Under the pieces are notes generated by a model. It did no database searches, was not told the DNA's origin, and saw only the letters and a program-made list of their open reading frames with translations. Shown here piece after piece: positions 32,395 to 43,434 of a stretch of 64,000 nucleotides of DNA. Made by a program: the position numbers and the translations under genes. Source of the stretch: an uncultured cyanobacterium (GTDB taxonomy: Bacteria > Cyanobacteriota > Cyanobacteriia > Cyanobacteriales > Nostocaceae). How positions within the stretch are numbered: position 1 is the first letter of the stretch; the number at the start of each line of letters is the position of its first letter. The stretch is from NCBI GenBank assembly GCA_963740315.1, contig CAVUDP010000004.1, forward strand, positions 928,001 to 992,000, read 5' to 3'.

Positions 32395-32961
32395 TCAATT
32401 AAAAAACTGCTGAATATTACAATTAAACCCCGGTAGAATTGGCGAAGTAATTTCATCGTTTTCCATCAGCGTCGCGACTAACACCAACTGAGCATTTTCA
32501 CGACGATAAACTTCTATTTGTCGCAACCGCCAATCTACGATCCAATATTCCTTAACCCCTTTAAGAGAATAAAGTTTTAATTTGGCTTCTTTATCGCGTC
32601 TTTCATTTGTATTTCCCACAGAAAGAACTTCAACAATTAATTCCGGCGCACCTGTTAAATGCCCTTCATCATCAACTAATTGCGCTAATCTTTCGTTACT
32701 AATCCAAACTACATCAGGAATAACGTTGTCAGCATCGGAAAATATAATTCCGGGAGTGAAAAAGGGCTGACCTAAATTTGTTTGTTCTGACCAGTTAAAG
32801 ATATTAGCATAAATACGTCCACCAACTTCTTGGTGACGAATATGTGGAGCGCGGCTCACAAATAATTCTCCGTCAATTATCTCGTAACGTTTCCATTCGT
32901 CAGCGGCTAAAACTTCTAAATCGGCAATTGTCCAGCGGATTTGATTTTGTGCTTGAGTCAT
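32395..32961 (-). CDS. Uma2 family endonuclease
   Basis: YEIIDGEL, PDVVW, PELIVEVLS, GVKEYWIVD. Confidence 0.92.
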   Translation of the reverse strand: MTQAQNQIRWTIADLEVLAADEWKRYEIIDGELFVSRAPHIRHQEVGGRIYANIFNWSEQTNLGQPFFTPGIIFSDADNVIPDVVWISNERLAQLVDDEGHLTGAPELIVEVLSVGNTNERRDKEAKLKLYSLKGVKEYWIVDWRLRQIEVYRRENAQLVLVATLMENDEITSPILPGFNCNIQQFFN

Positions 32962-33118
32962 AGCAGCACTTTACTACATTTCCAATTATGCTAACTTAAT
33001 TCGATCGGACATCGGGCATTAAGAATTATAAATAATGTCACTCTTATTATTTTTCAACTGTGTATAGACACTGGACATTTCTGTAAAATAACTTTACGCC
33101 CCTCTAGAACCGCACCCC

Positions 33119-34018
33119 ATGCAGCAAAATACTAAGTCTTCCTATTCTTTCCAAAAGCTACTAGACAATGAAACTTTTGCAGCTTGGTTTTTCCTCGCTC
33201 CCGCACTCATACTCTTAGGAGTATTTGTCATCGGTCCGATTGGCTATTTGTTTTACCTCAGCTTCACTAATGGTAGTTTTACTAAAGACGGTGTAACTTG
33301 GGTAGGATTAAAAAATTATTTACGTTTAATACTTAATCCTGATTTTTCACAAGTTATTTGGAATACAGCTTATTTTACAATTGCTACGGTTATACCCAGT
33401 ATTGTTATTCCTTTGGGATTAGCTGTATTGTTAAACCGCTCTATAATCTTGCGGGGATTTTTACGAACTTCCTATTTTTTACCTTCAATTATTTCTTTAG
33501 TTGCTGCTGGTTTGGGATTTCGCTGGTTATTTCAAAATGATGGTCCGGTTAATGCACTTTTAAATAGTATTGGCATTGAGTCTATATCTTGGTTGAGTAG
33601 TACTGTATGGGCAATGCCAGTCATAATTTTATTAAGTATTTGGAAGCAGCTTGGCTTTAATATGGTAGTGTTTCTAGCTGGTTTGCAAGCTATTCCAGTT
33701 AGTCGTTATGAAGCAGCAGAACTTGATGGTGCTAACAGTTGGGAGCAATTTTGGTACGTTACTTTACCGGGATTACGACCGACTTTAATATTTACAACGA
33801 TAACCACCGTTATTTTCACTTTACGCAGTTTTGAGCAAGTTTACGTCATTACTGGCGGTGGTCCTTTAAATTCTACAAATTTACTGGTTTATTACATTTA
33901 CCAAGAAGCTTTTGGTCAATTTGATTTCGGTTATGCAGCAGCAGCAGCAACTGTATTACTCGCAATAACAATGGTGTTGGTTTATTTTCAATTACGAACT
34001 TGGGATCGAGAAAGTTAG
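33119..34018 (+). CDS. Carbohydrate ABC transporter permease
   Basis: YEAAELDGA EAA loop; six TM helices. Confidence 0.92.
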   Translation: MQQNTKSSYSFQKLLDNETFAAWFFLAPALILLGVFVIGPIGYLFYLSFTNGSFTKDGVTWVGLKNYLRLILNPDFSQVIWNTAYFTIATVIPSIVIPLGLAVLLNRSIILRGFLRTSYFLPSIISLVAAGLGFRWLFQNDGPVNALLNSIGIESISWLSSTVWAMPVIILLSIWKQLGFNMVVFLAGLQAIPVSRYEAAELDGANSWEQFWYVTLPGLRPTLIFTTITTVIFTLRSFEQVYVITGGGPLNSTNLLVYYIYQEAFGQFDFGYAAAAATVLLAITMVLVYFQLRTWDRES

Positions 34019-34558
34019 TTAAGTCTATAGCAATTTTCTAAAAAGCCCTCACCCTATAAGGATGGGGCTTTGTTTGTATAGGGCAAGAAGATATTTATTT
34101 AATGCAAATCTTTTCTGCTACAAACATCCTTAGTCGTGCAAATCGATCGCAAGTTATTTATAACACCCTGGTTAATTTAACATTAAATTTTAATTATAAT
34201 TTCCATAAATTTAGATCCAAGTATCAATATATTTTTGATTGTTAAGTTTTACCTTAAGTTAATAGCATCATAACCAATCGATCTAGTTAAAATTAAAACA
34301 AAAAAGAAGTCATAATCTCGTGACTTTATAGATTTATATGACTTTATTTATCAAAGTTTGGTGATTTTATCATCATGCTTTGACAAATCAATTATCTCTA
34401 AACCAGCTATTTTTAAGTACTTGTAGATTCTTTTACGAATATTTTGCAAAAAATTTAAAATTGATTATTTAAATATTTTGGTTTTAGGGTGTACCCTCGA
34501 AATACAGTAATTGTCAGGATGACGATTTTAAAAATATTACATACGTGGGGAAAATAAT

Positions 34559-35215
34559 ATGAGCGATCGCGCTGACAAGCAAAAATTCGTATTAAGTCAA
34601 ATTACCGATAGTTTTGGACAAAGAGACTTTAGCGGATACGATTTAAGCGGAATTGATTTGAGAGAGGTTGATTTGAGTGGAATCAACTTTACGGGAGCAA
34701 ATTTACGTAATGCTAATTTAAATGGAGCAATTCTGACTAATGCAAAATTAGATCGAGCAAATTTAACTCAAGTTAGTTTGCGAGAGGCTCATATGCACGA
34801 AGCATCTTTTCGTGAAGCTAATTTAACTAATGCCGATTTTAGACAAGCTTCTTTATGTGGTGCAATTTTTTCAGGTGCAAATCTTTGCGGTAGCAATTTT
34901 CAAGAAGCTTCGTTGTGCGATACCAATTTACAAAAAGCAAATTTAAGTGAAGCTCAGTTAATAGAAGCATCTTTAATAGAAGCTAATTTGTTCCAAGCTA
35001 ATCTTCAACAAGCAAGATTATGTGGTGCGAATTTATTAGAAGCAAATTTAAATCAAGCCGATTTAAAAGGGGCTGATTTAGCTTGGGCGAATTTAACACA
35101 AGCAAACTTAACAGAAGCAAATTTACAAGAAACAAACTTAAGTAACGCTAATTTAGACGAAGCAATTATGCCTGATGGTAGAATTAAACAACTTCAACTT
35201 TTTTGCTTTATTTGA
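34559..35215 (+). CDS. Pentapeptide repeat protein
   Basis: A(N/D)LXX repeats. Confidence 0.92.
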   Translation: MSDRADKQKFVLSQITDSFGQRDFSGYDLSGIDLREVDLSGINFTGANLRNANLNGAILTNAKLDRANLTQVSLREAHMHEASFREANLTNADFRQASLCGAIFSGANLCGSNFQEASLCDTNLQKANLSEAQLIEASLIEANLFQANLQQARLCGANLLEANLNQADLKGADLAWANLTQANLTEANLQETNLSNANLDEAIMPDGRIKQLQLFCFI

Positions 35216-35311
35216 TATGTAAGGATTTATATTCCCGGTTTTCTCAAAAACTGGGTTTCTCAATTCAAATTCTGACTTCTGAGTCTTAATTCCTAACGAG
35301 GCGCAATCCTT

Positions 35312-36091
35312 CTAAAATTCCCTTTGCGAAAAAATAAAAGCTGCTATTGCCAGAAGCATGGCAGTGTAAACCAAACTGTAGCCAGCATTAACAAGTAATG
35401 TTGTAGAATCGGGTAACGCCGATAAACCATAAACAGCTTCGTTTTTGAAATCTAAACGCGATAAATCGGGTATTAGTAAATATAAACCTTGAGTTATTCT
35501 TTCTAGTCCGGGATTTTCGCTAATACGAGCCAGTTTGAGTAAATCTTGGGTTATATTTCCCATTAAATATACTGCAAATGTTAGAGCTGTTGCTAATAAT
35601 GTACCTGTAAATACACCCCATGTTATAGCTACAGCGCCGATCAAAGATAGCTGCAATATTAAAAAAATAGCATTGATGATAATACTTGTCGCTGAATAAC
35701 TGATGTTGTTTAATTGTAAAAATATCAGATAAATAACACTCATCGCAGCGACGAGCAACGCTAACACAGCCGATAAACCTAAATATTTACCAACAATAAA
35801 TTCATTTCGACTTACGGGTTTAGCAATTAACATCAAAATAGTGCGTTTCTCTATTTCTTTGTTAATTAATCCCGTACCTACAAATACTGCAACAATTAGA
35901 CTTAAGACACTCATCACCGCCAAGCCCAAGTCTAAAAACATTTTATCTTCCGTAGCTGCTGCTAATTGCGGTAGCAAACTAACTGCAACCGCTAAAATAA
36001 CTGCATAAAAACCGATAATGTACAGAATGCGATCGCGCACTACTTCTCGAAAACCATTGTTGGCGATCGCAAATATTCTATTTACATTCAT
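35312..36091 (-). CDS. fraE: Filament integrity protein FraE (ABC-2 permease-like)
   Basis: FREVVRDRILY, KEIEKRT; third gene of the fraCDE order. Confidence 0.85.
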   Translation of the reverse strand: MNVNRIFAIANNGFREVVRDRILYIIGFYAVILAVAVSLLPQLAAATEDKMFLDLGLAVMSVLSLIVAVFVGTGLINKEIEKRTILMLIAKPVSRNEFIVGKYLGLSAVLALLVAAMSVIYLIFLQLNNISYSATSIIINAIFLILQLSLIGAVAITWGVFTGTLLATALTFAVYLMGNITQDLLKLARISENPGLERITQGLYLLIPDLSRLDFKNEAVYGLSALPDSTTLLVNAGYSLVYTAMLLAIAAFIFSQREF

Positions 36092-36177
36092 GTTGATTTA
36101 AGAATTAGTTCTGCATCACTGATCAGTTATGGATTATCATTTGTTAATTGTCAATTAGTAGCTACATGAAAGCGACT

Positions 36178-37239
36178 CTACTTTTGGGGAGGTTTTCCTT
36201 CAATGTAGGTAATTTTTCGCGAACACTCTAATTCTGCAACAGCTAATCTTTCAGATCGAGCGTTAATGATATCAATAGACTCTGCTATAGGTTCAATTTG
36301 GCATGACTTTTTGAGATAATATCCATCGGGTACGGCACTCGGACCTTCCCAAACGCTAAATAAATTTAATCTGTATCCAGAATTATAATCTTTTGGATCG
36401 ATATTCTCTACAGTGGCTTTAGCTTTCCAAAACTCTTTTTCTTCAAACTCCTTCAAATGAATATTTATAACTTTTCTACCAAGTCTGCTAACATTCCGAT
36501 TTGCATTTTGTAACCATGATTCAACTTTAGACCAAGATTGTCCATCTAACGCTGTTTCTACTGCTGGCTGAAGATTTTGTAGAATTACAACCCCGTTTTT
36601 AGGGATTTCATCTTCAGGTTTGAATACTGTTAATAAATCATTGCGTTGGGTAACTTCATCTCTAGGAAGCGGATATCTAACGCTGGGATATTCTTTTAAC
36701 CATCCATCTGTCAATCCGTAGAGATTTAACCAGCAGCTTAACAACATACAGCTGCCAATTAAAACTATCACACTTTCCCGGTCTTCTAATGGTGGCAGTT
36801 GAGTTTTAACATCGGTACCGCTTCCTTCAAAAAATTCGGGCACAGCAGTAATTAAAGCCGATATTGTAGGCCAAAAAATAATCGTTCTAGCCATAAGCTG
36901 CTCGTCTTGCTGAAAAGCAAAAATGCTGACTATACCTCCTGTTATTACTGCTCCAACTGGCATAATGGTACCGGGAATATACAAAGGTTTATCGGTGGTA
37001 TACCAAGAAGTACCAGCTATTAAAAATACCCAACCAAAAAATGCAATAATGTCTTGAACTGGACCATCAGAAGCTAAAGATGACATTAGCCAAGAAAACA
37101 AACTTAGATAAATTAATGTCTGCCAAGAATAAGCTCTTGGCGGTATAAAGAACTTTTTAATCCGTTCAATAACTTCTTTAAAAAAATCCAATAAAACCGA
37201 TAGTCCAACTAAATCCAGAGTCTCCTTTACTATGCCCAT
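36178..37239 (-). CDS. fraD: Septal junction protein FraD (DUF5357)
   Basis: PPRAYSWQT, five TM segments plus periplasmic C-terminus; synteny. Confidence 0.85.
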   Translation of the reverse strand: MGIVKETLDLVGLSVLLDFFKEVIERIKKFFIPPRAYSWQTLIYLSLFSWLMSSLASDGPVQDIIAFFGWVFLIAGTSWYTTDKPLYIPGTIMPVGAVITGGIVSIFAFQQDEQLMARTIIFWPTISALITAVPEFFEGSGTDVKTQLPPLEDRESVIVLIGSCMLLSCWLNLYGLTDGWLKEYPSVRYPLPRDEVTQRNDLLTVFKPEDEIPKNGVVILQNLQPAVETALDGQSWSKVESWLQNANRNVSRLGRKVINIHLKEFEEKEFWKAKATVENIDPKDYNSGYRLNLFSVWEGPSAVPDGYYLKKSCQIEPIAESIDIINARSERLAVAELECSRKITYIEGKPPQK

Positions 37240-37306
37240 TTATTCCTCCTAATGATTTACTATCATCTCACAATTAAAGAAAGTTAACTAAGCGATCGAG
37301 TACAGG

Positions 37307-37879
37307 CTAAATAGTATTTTCCCGAGCAAATATACGAAATAATACAACTAATGTAATCGCACTATAACTAAGTGAATTAGCTATTAATGTCGTCGTAAAC
37401 AAACTTGTATTTTGCCATGCTCTTTTATAACCCCGACGCGATTTTCTCCCAAAAATAACCGACTCAAGCTGTTCTTCTTCCGACTTTTTTTGTCCGGGAT
37501 CGCTCAATGCTAAAACGAACAGTTTTAACAATAAAAATTTCACCATTAATGTTCCAAAGAAAATAGTAAAAGCGCCCATAACAATACCACCATACATATT
37601 ACCGTCTAAGCGGTTATACAATAAAAAACTAATCATCTGTATTTTGTAATCATTGAAAAAACTAGTTGGCTCTACTAAAAAGAAAACTATCCAACCGATG
37701 GCGTTGGAAAAGACATTTATGGAGATAGCGTAAAAAGTACTAGTTCTTTTATCGAACTTTAATCTCTTGTTAAAAATGTATGCCTCTATCGGAATCGCTA
37801 TTAATATAAATAGAAAGTCAAATAAGATTACGCCAAAAGGAAAAACTCGGAAAGACGGTAAAAAGTCAAAGTCTAACAT
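37307..37879 (-). CDS. fraC: Septal junction protein FraC
   Basis: FP.G.ILF.FLF.LIAIPIEAY; LIANSLSYSAI; likely start ATG 37879. Confidence 0.85.
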   Translation of the reverse strand: MLDFDFLPSFRVFPFGVILFDFLFILIAIPIEAYIFNKRLKFDKRTSTFYAISINVFSNAIGWIVFFLVEPTSFFNDYKIQMISFLLYNRLDGNMYGGIVMGAFTIFFGTLMVKFLLLKLFVLALSDPGQKKSEEEQLESVIFGRKSRRGYKRAWQNTSLFTTTLIANSLSYSAITLVVLFRIFARENTI

Positions 37880-38468
37880 ACGCTTACAACCTTCACTAAA
37901 TGTATAATTTTGTACTACTTTTGAAGTATAAAGTTTATGCGGCATTGAATAGTCGTGCGTTCCCCAACCCCTACGAATGATATGGCTTTGCCAAGCTTGC
38001 GCTCTTCAGAAATCAATACGGATTCCCATAGCAGAAATATATTAAACGTTATTTATGTCTTTTACCATTTTTTATACTGGAACTACCATAAAGGTAAAGA
38101 ATTGTTTAAAGCAAGAAAGATTATGCAATTTTACCGTTATTGTCTGAGTTGGAAAAGACAGACGAAACAACAAGATAGCCGACTATTATAATCAAAAAGA
38201 TATTATGACTCAGATAAACATATTTTAGTTAAATAGTTAAATCGGCTTCTATTTTGGCTTTCAAAAGGTAAAAATAAATTCTCAGTCTTAGTACTAATGT
38301 ACAAAGTATAAAAACTTAGAGACTTTAAAATATTATAAATATATAGAAAAATGGTTTTAATCGAGATTATTTTTTGCCTATAAATAAAAAAAAATAATAT
38401 CGCTTTCTGATGCTACATGACTTTCGGTAAGATAAAAGACTGCCACATTACATCTAAAACGGGTTGAG

Positions 38469-39605
38469 ATGACAAGGAACGGCATCGGTATTCGCACGGC
38501 ACAATTGCGCCCCGTCAGGCTTAAAGGTCAAATTCACGTTTATGATGGCGCGGGAAAAGGTAAGTCACAAGCTGCTTTAGGAGTAGTTTTACGTTCAATT
38601 GGTTTAGGTATCAAGAATTTAAATAACTACAATCGCGTTTTATTGCTACGGTTTCTTAAAGGACCAGAAAGAGATTATGACGAAGATGGGGCTATTACGG
38701 CTTTACAAAGAGGTTTTCCTCACTTAATCGATCAAGTACGTACTGGTAGGGCAGAATTTTTTGACAAGAATGAAATTATCGCCTTCGATAAACATGAGGC
38801 TTCAAGAGGTTGGGATGTCGCCAAAGGTGCGATCGCATCGGGGTTGTATTCAGTTGTTGTATTGGACGAAATCAACCCCGTATTAGATTTAGGTTTATTA
38901 GAGGTTAATGAAGTAGTAAAAACTTTAAAATCCAAACCTGAAGAATTAGAAATTATTGCCACGGGAAGAGGTGCGCCACCAGAATTATTAGATATCGCCG
39001 ATTTACATTCAGAAATGAAACCGCAACACCATTCCGCAGCCCAACGACATGGCTTGGAAGGCATTGAAATATATACTGGTTCGGGTAAAGGAAAATCTAC
39101 TAGCGCTTTAGGTAAAGCTTTAAAAGCCATCGGTAGAGGAATCAATCATCCCGGTTCCACCCGCGTATTAATTATGCAGTGGCTCAAAGGTGGTAGCGGA
39201 TACACCGAAGATGAAGCAATCGCGGCATTGCAGCAATCTTATCCCGAAGTAGTAGATCATCAACGCTGCGGTAGAGATGCGATCGTATGGCGTAATTCTC
39301 GGCAAGAATTGGACTACATAGAAGCCGAAAGAGGTTGGGAAATAGCCAAAACTGCCATAGCTTCTGGATTGTATAAAACAATAATTCTTGACGAACTCAA
39401 TCCCACAGTAGATTTAGAATTACTTCCAGTAGAGCCAATAATGCAAATTTTACTTCGCAAACCTCGCCATACAGAAGTAATTATCACCGGACGTTGCCAA
39501 AATCAGCCAGAATATTTTGAACTAGCCAGCGTACATTCTGAAGTCTACTGTCACAAGCATTACGCCAATGATGGAGTAGAACCTAAGCGTGGGGTAGATT
39601 TTTGA
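38469..39605 (+). CDS. cobO: Cob(I)yrinic acid a,c-diamide adenosyltransferase (tandem two-domain cyanobacterial form)
   Basis: Two G.GKGKS P-loops, LDE, TGR. Confidence 0.9.
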   Translation: MTRNGIGIRTAQLRPVRLKGQIHVYDGAGKGKSQAALGVVLRSIGLGIKNLNNYNRVLLLRFLKGPERDYDEDGAITALQRGFPHLIDQVRTGRAEFFDKNEIIAFDKHEASRGWDVAKGAIASGLYSVVVLDEINPVLDLGLLEVNEVVKTLKSKPEELEIIATGRGAPPELLDIADLHSEMKPQHHSAAQRHGLEGIEIYTGSGKGKSTSALGKALKAIGRGINHPGSTRVLIMQWLKGGSGYTEDEAIAALQQSYPEVVDHQRCGRDAIVWRNSRQELDYIEAERGWEIAKTAIASGLYKTIILDELNPTVDLELLPVEPIMQILLRKPRHTEVIITGRCQNQPEYFELASVHSEVYCHKHYANDGVEPKRGVDF

Positions 39606-39742
39606 ATTAATTTTGAGTTATCTAAATAATTCGTAAAGATTGAGAAACCCGGCTTTTTCAACAAACCGGGAATATTTACTTTCTTTAGTCGTTTTAAACT
39701 ATTAACTAATAGCAAAAATCAATTAGCCAATCGCAACCAATT

Positions 39743-39850
39743 ATGGATACCAACGTACTCGATTTAGTTACAGCAGGAATCGCATTATTCATTTTGATAG
39801 GTGGTTTCTTAATGATGTTTACCACCGTTTTCACCACTAAAGGGAAGTAA
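39743..39850 (+). CDS. Putative 35-aa single-TM microprotein (not in ORF track)
   Basis: MDTNVLDLVTAGIALFILIGGFLMMFTTVFTTKGK*. Confidence 0.6.
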   Translation: MDTNVLDLVTAGIALFILIGGFLMMFTTVFTTKGK

Positions 39851-39888
39851 GGTTGAAGAAAGGTCTGCATGTTAAAGGTTAAAACTGG

Positions 39889-39928
39889 TAACTGCTAACT
39901 GCTAACTGCTAACTGCTAACTGCTAACT
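39889..39928. repeat. Heptamer tandem repeat (TAACTGC)n
   Basis: About five consecutive copies after the ffh stop. Confidence 0.85.
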
Positions 39929-41381
39929 AAAGCGTACCGAAACCTTTTTTCTTTTTTTCCTTTTTCGGTTTCTTTTTACTGCCTGCGCCGCCACGCCATC
40001 CGGGTGCAGCAGGATTTCCACCAGCAGCCATTTCACCACCACCAAACATTCCGCCTCCCGGCATTCCTGGGAAGTTACCTTGTCCCATTTGCTGCATCAT
40101 GGTTCGCATTTTCTGGAAGTCGCTCACCAGCTTGCTGACATCTTTTTCTCTATACTTAGGTTCACCGCATCCCTTGGCAATTCTTCGCCTTCTGCTGGGA
40201 GAACTCGCTAATAAATCCGGGTTTTTCCGTTCTTCCGGAGTCATGGAACTAATCATTGTCTCGGAGCGTTTAAGCTGAGATTGCCCTTGTTCTAGCTGTT
40301 CGTTAGAGATTTTGCCCATCCCCGGAATCATCTTCATGATGCCTCCGAGAGAACCCATATTTTTGAGCAAACGCAGCTGTTTGAGAAAGTCGGTAAAATC
40401 AAACTTCGCTGACAGCATTTTCTCTGTCATTTTTTCGGCATCGGCGAGGTCAAATTCTTCCTGGGCTTTTTCTACCAGGGTTAATACATCGCCCATTCCC
40501 AGAATCCGCGATGCCATTCTGTCGGGATAAAACGGTTGCAGGGCTTCGACTTTTTCACCCACACCGACAAACTTAATTGGCGCACCGGAAATTCTTCTTA
40601 CTGACAGCGCCGCACCACCACGGCTATCACCATCCAACTTGGTTAGAATTGCACCGCTAATACCGATTTTTTCATGGAAGGTACGAGTCAAATTTGCTGC
40701 TTCTTGACCAGTCATTGCGTCCACTACCAGCAGCGTTTCATGAGGCTGGACGGTTTGCTTAACCTGGGCTAATTCCGCCATCATGTCTTCGTCAATTTGC
40801 AGACGACCGGCGGTATCAATAATTACGGTATCAATGCCTTCCGCTTTGGCACGTTCTACACCAAGACGTGCGATTTCAACTGGATTCGCGTCGCTTCCCA
40901 GTTCAAATACCGGCACGTCGATTTGTTGACCTAAAGTTATCAATTGGTCGATCGCAGCCGGACGATAAACGTCTGTTGCCACCATCAAACAACTGCGTTC
41001 TAATTTTCTCAGGTGTAATGCCAACTTAGCTGTAGCGGTGGTTTTACCAGTACCTTGCAAACCAGCCATCAACACAATTGTGGGTGCAACTTCATTGTGC
41101 GCCAAGGGGACATTGGTTTCCCCCATCACATTTACTAGTTCGTCATGAACTATTTTGATAAACTGCTGATCCGGACGTACCCCACTTACCACCTCAGCCC
41201 CTTGTGCCTTGGCTTCAACTTCGCTAATAAATTCTTTAACTACCTGGAGATTGACATCCGCTTCCAACAAAGCGCGGCGTACTTCCCGCAAAGCGTCCTG
41301 AATGTTGGATTGAGAAATTTTATTCTGTCCCCGGAGCTTTTTCCAGGTAGATTCTAAACGATCGGCTAGTGCTTCAAACAT
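39927..41381 (-). CDS. ffh: Signal recognition particle protein
   Basis: GLQGTGKTT, DTAGR, TKLDGD, Met-rich M domain. Confidence 0.97.
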   Translation of the reverse strand: MFEALADRLESTWKKLRGQNKISQSNIQDALREVRRALLEADVNLQVVKEFISEVEAKAQGAEVVSGVRPDQQFIKIVHDELVNVMGETNVPLAHNEVAPTIVLMAGLQGTGKTTATAKLALHLRKLERSCLMVATDVYRPAAIDQLITLGQQIDVPVFELGSDANPVEIARLGVERAKAEGIDTVIIDTAGRLQIDEDMMAELAQVKQTVQPHETLLVVDAMTGQEAANLTRTFHEKIGISGAILTKLDGDSRGGAALSVRRISGAPIKFVGVGEKVEALQPFYPDRMASRILGMGDVLTLVEKAQEEFDLADAEKMTEKMLSAKFDFTDFLKQLRLLKNMGSLGGIMKMIPGMGKISNEQLEQGQSQLKRSETMISSMTPEERKNPDLLASSPSRRRRIAKGCGEPKYREKDVSKLVSDFQKMRTMMQQMGQGNFPGMPGGGMFGGGEMAAGGNPAAPGWRGGAGSKKKPKKEKKKKGFGTL

Positions 41382-42054
41382 AATTCGATTTCTATTAGTC
41401 AGCCAGCATAAAAAAGCGCTACCTAACAGCTTAATAGTTTTTAATTGCTAAACGCACGAACGCCAGCTAATAGGCTTTAGTTACGCCTGCTTTATCTCTG
41501 AGAGGAACTTGGCAAAATCAAATTTATTTCAATTTCAACTGTTATAAATAGCTACTGCAAAAAAGATTATCATTATATCAGATTTTATACCCTACTAACG
41601 ATAAGTGAAATATACTATCTATGTATTTTCCTTTTCATGATAAAATAAATACAACTCAAATGTTTATTAGATAAACTTATCTTATGTACTACGAAGCGCT
41701 ATATATATGTACGATCTTCGTTATTCACAATAATTGAATAAAAAATTCTCCGATTTTTGACATTATTTAACGAAACAATAGAAGCTTTGCTCTAAAAAAT
41801 TATCATTTGTTATTTTGATCGATCGCATTTGATAAAACTTGTTTAATAAAGAGAACTTCTAAATAGGAATATAGTCAACTATAAAAAAATATTTTGTAAT
41901 TCATTTTTTATTTCAGCAAATAGCTGCGATCGCGATCGGCTATATATTTTTATGATTAGCAACCAAAGAAAAAACATCAAGATTGTGAATTGCTTTAAGT
42001 TTAATTATTAGTTTAATTTTTAGGCTTGCAAATATACTTTGGAATAGAAAAAAG

Positions 42055-42972
42055 ATGATGGATAAGGAAAATCAAAATTTAGCTGAAGCTGTCAGTGAAA
42101 CTGATGAATCTAGTAATGCAGACGAACAGCAACAAATCCGAGAAAAAATACTAAGTCAAATTGCACGGGGTAAAAATCCTAGTAGTTTAAGCATCATCTT
42201 TGCTGACTTAAAAGAGGTTCAGTTAATTGGCGTTAATCTCAACGATATGTATTTGAGTGGCGTGGAATTAAATGGTGCTAATTTGACAGATGCTCAGTTA
42301 ATCGGAGTTGACTTAAGCGAAGCTGATTTGCGGGATGCCAAATTAGTAAATGCTCAATTGATGGGAGCTAATCTTAACAGCATTAAGTTAACGGGGGCGA
42401 ATCTAAATAACGCTAATTTAACAGATTCCAATCTTAGTACGGCTACGCTTAATGATGCTCGTTTAATCGGTGCCCAATTAGTAAGTGCAAATCTCAGCGA
42501 TGCTAAATTAATCAACGCTAATTTGTGTAATGCCAAACTTAATCAAGCTTATTTGTGGAATGCTCAGTTAATTAATGCTCAGTTAATTAATGCTGACTTA
42601 ACTGGTGCCTATATGAATAATGTCAAACTGAATAATGCTAACTTAACTCGCGCCATTCTTAAAGATGCTCAACTATGTACGGCTAAGTTAAAAGAAACTA
42701 ATTTAGAATCGGTTAATTTGAAGGGTGCCCAGCTAGATAACGCTAACTTGAAAAATGCCAATTTAAGTCAAGCTTGTTTAGAAAAAGCTAACTTAGAAAA
42801 TACCAGCCTTGAAAATGCCAATCTATATAATACGGATTTGAGACAAACAAATTTAACTAATACCAACTTCTTCAATGCAAAAGTTAAAAATGCTCGTTTT
42901 GGCAAGAATATAGGCATTAGCGAAGATGTCAGACTTTATTTAAAGCGAGAAGGTGCAATTTTTGAAGATTAA
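42055..42972 (+). CDS. Pentapeptide repeat protein
   Basis: A(N/Q/K)LXX repeats. Confidence 0.92.
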   Translation: MMDKENQNLAEAVSETDESSNADEQQQIREKILSQIARGKNPSSLSIIFADLKEVQLIGVNLNDMYLSGVELNGANLTDAQLIGVDLSEADLRDAKLVNAQLMGANLNSIKLTGANLNNANLTDSNLSTATLNDARLIGAQLVSANLSDAKLINANLCNAKLNQAYLWNAQLINAQLINADLTGAYMNNVKLNNANLTRAILKDAQLCTAKLKETNLESVNLKGAQLDNANLKNANLSQACLEKANLENTSLENANLYNTDLRQTNLTNTNFFNAKVKNARFGKNIGISEDVRLYLKREGAIFED

Positions 42973-43138
42973 TTACGAAACCAGAGTAATTAAATTAGAA
43001 AAAGCTTCAGTTGCATCGGCGATAACTTTGGTTTGAAAAACAAATTCGCTATAGTCTGCCAAGTTATCCAAACCAACTACATTTAACATTACTTCTGCTG
43101 TTACAACACATTCTAAAAACTGGTAACTGTTAACTGGA
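42973..43138 (-). pseudogene. C-terminal remnant of a small cyanobacterial hypothetical protein cut by a repeat element
   Basis: AEVMLNVVGLDNLADYSEFVF looks like a conserved motif; the only ATG lies inside the adjacent repeat. Confidence 0.45.
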
Positions 43139-43431
43139 CTAGTACTGTGTCCCATTATTGACTGGTAATAAAGGTTCGTAGTAAGCGCTTTAGCGCTCCA
43201 GATTTAGGGAACCAATGCCCTTCCATGCAAGGTAACAAATCATCAGATAAGAGAGTTAAAACTCTTACTACGAACCTATCAAATTAAATGCAATCGACTA
43301 CTAGTACTGTGTCCCATTAGTTTTGACTGGTAATAAAGGTTCGTAGTAAGCGCTTTAGCGCTTCATATTACCGAATCCGGAGGGGCTGAAGCCCTTACTA
43401 CGAACCTGTCAGAATAAATGAAATACAACAG
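43139..43431. mobile_element. Two tandem MITE/REPIN-like units
   Basis: Each starts CTAGTACTGTGTCCCATT...TAATAAAGGTTCGTAGTAAGCGCTTTAGCGCT and contains CTTACTACGAACC. Confidence 0.75.
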
Positions 43432-43434
43432 TTT

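Noticed and set aside
38469..39605. Tandem-duplicated CobO as a novelty
   Set aside because: The two-domain form is the usual cyanobacterial architecture as far as I know
43139..43431. Mini CRISPR array
   Set aside because: Repeats are inverted pairs with irregular spacing, dispersed copies exist and there are no cas genes
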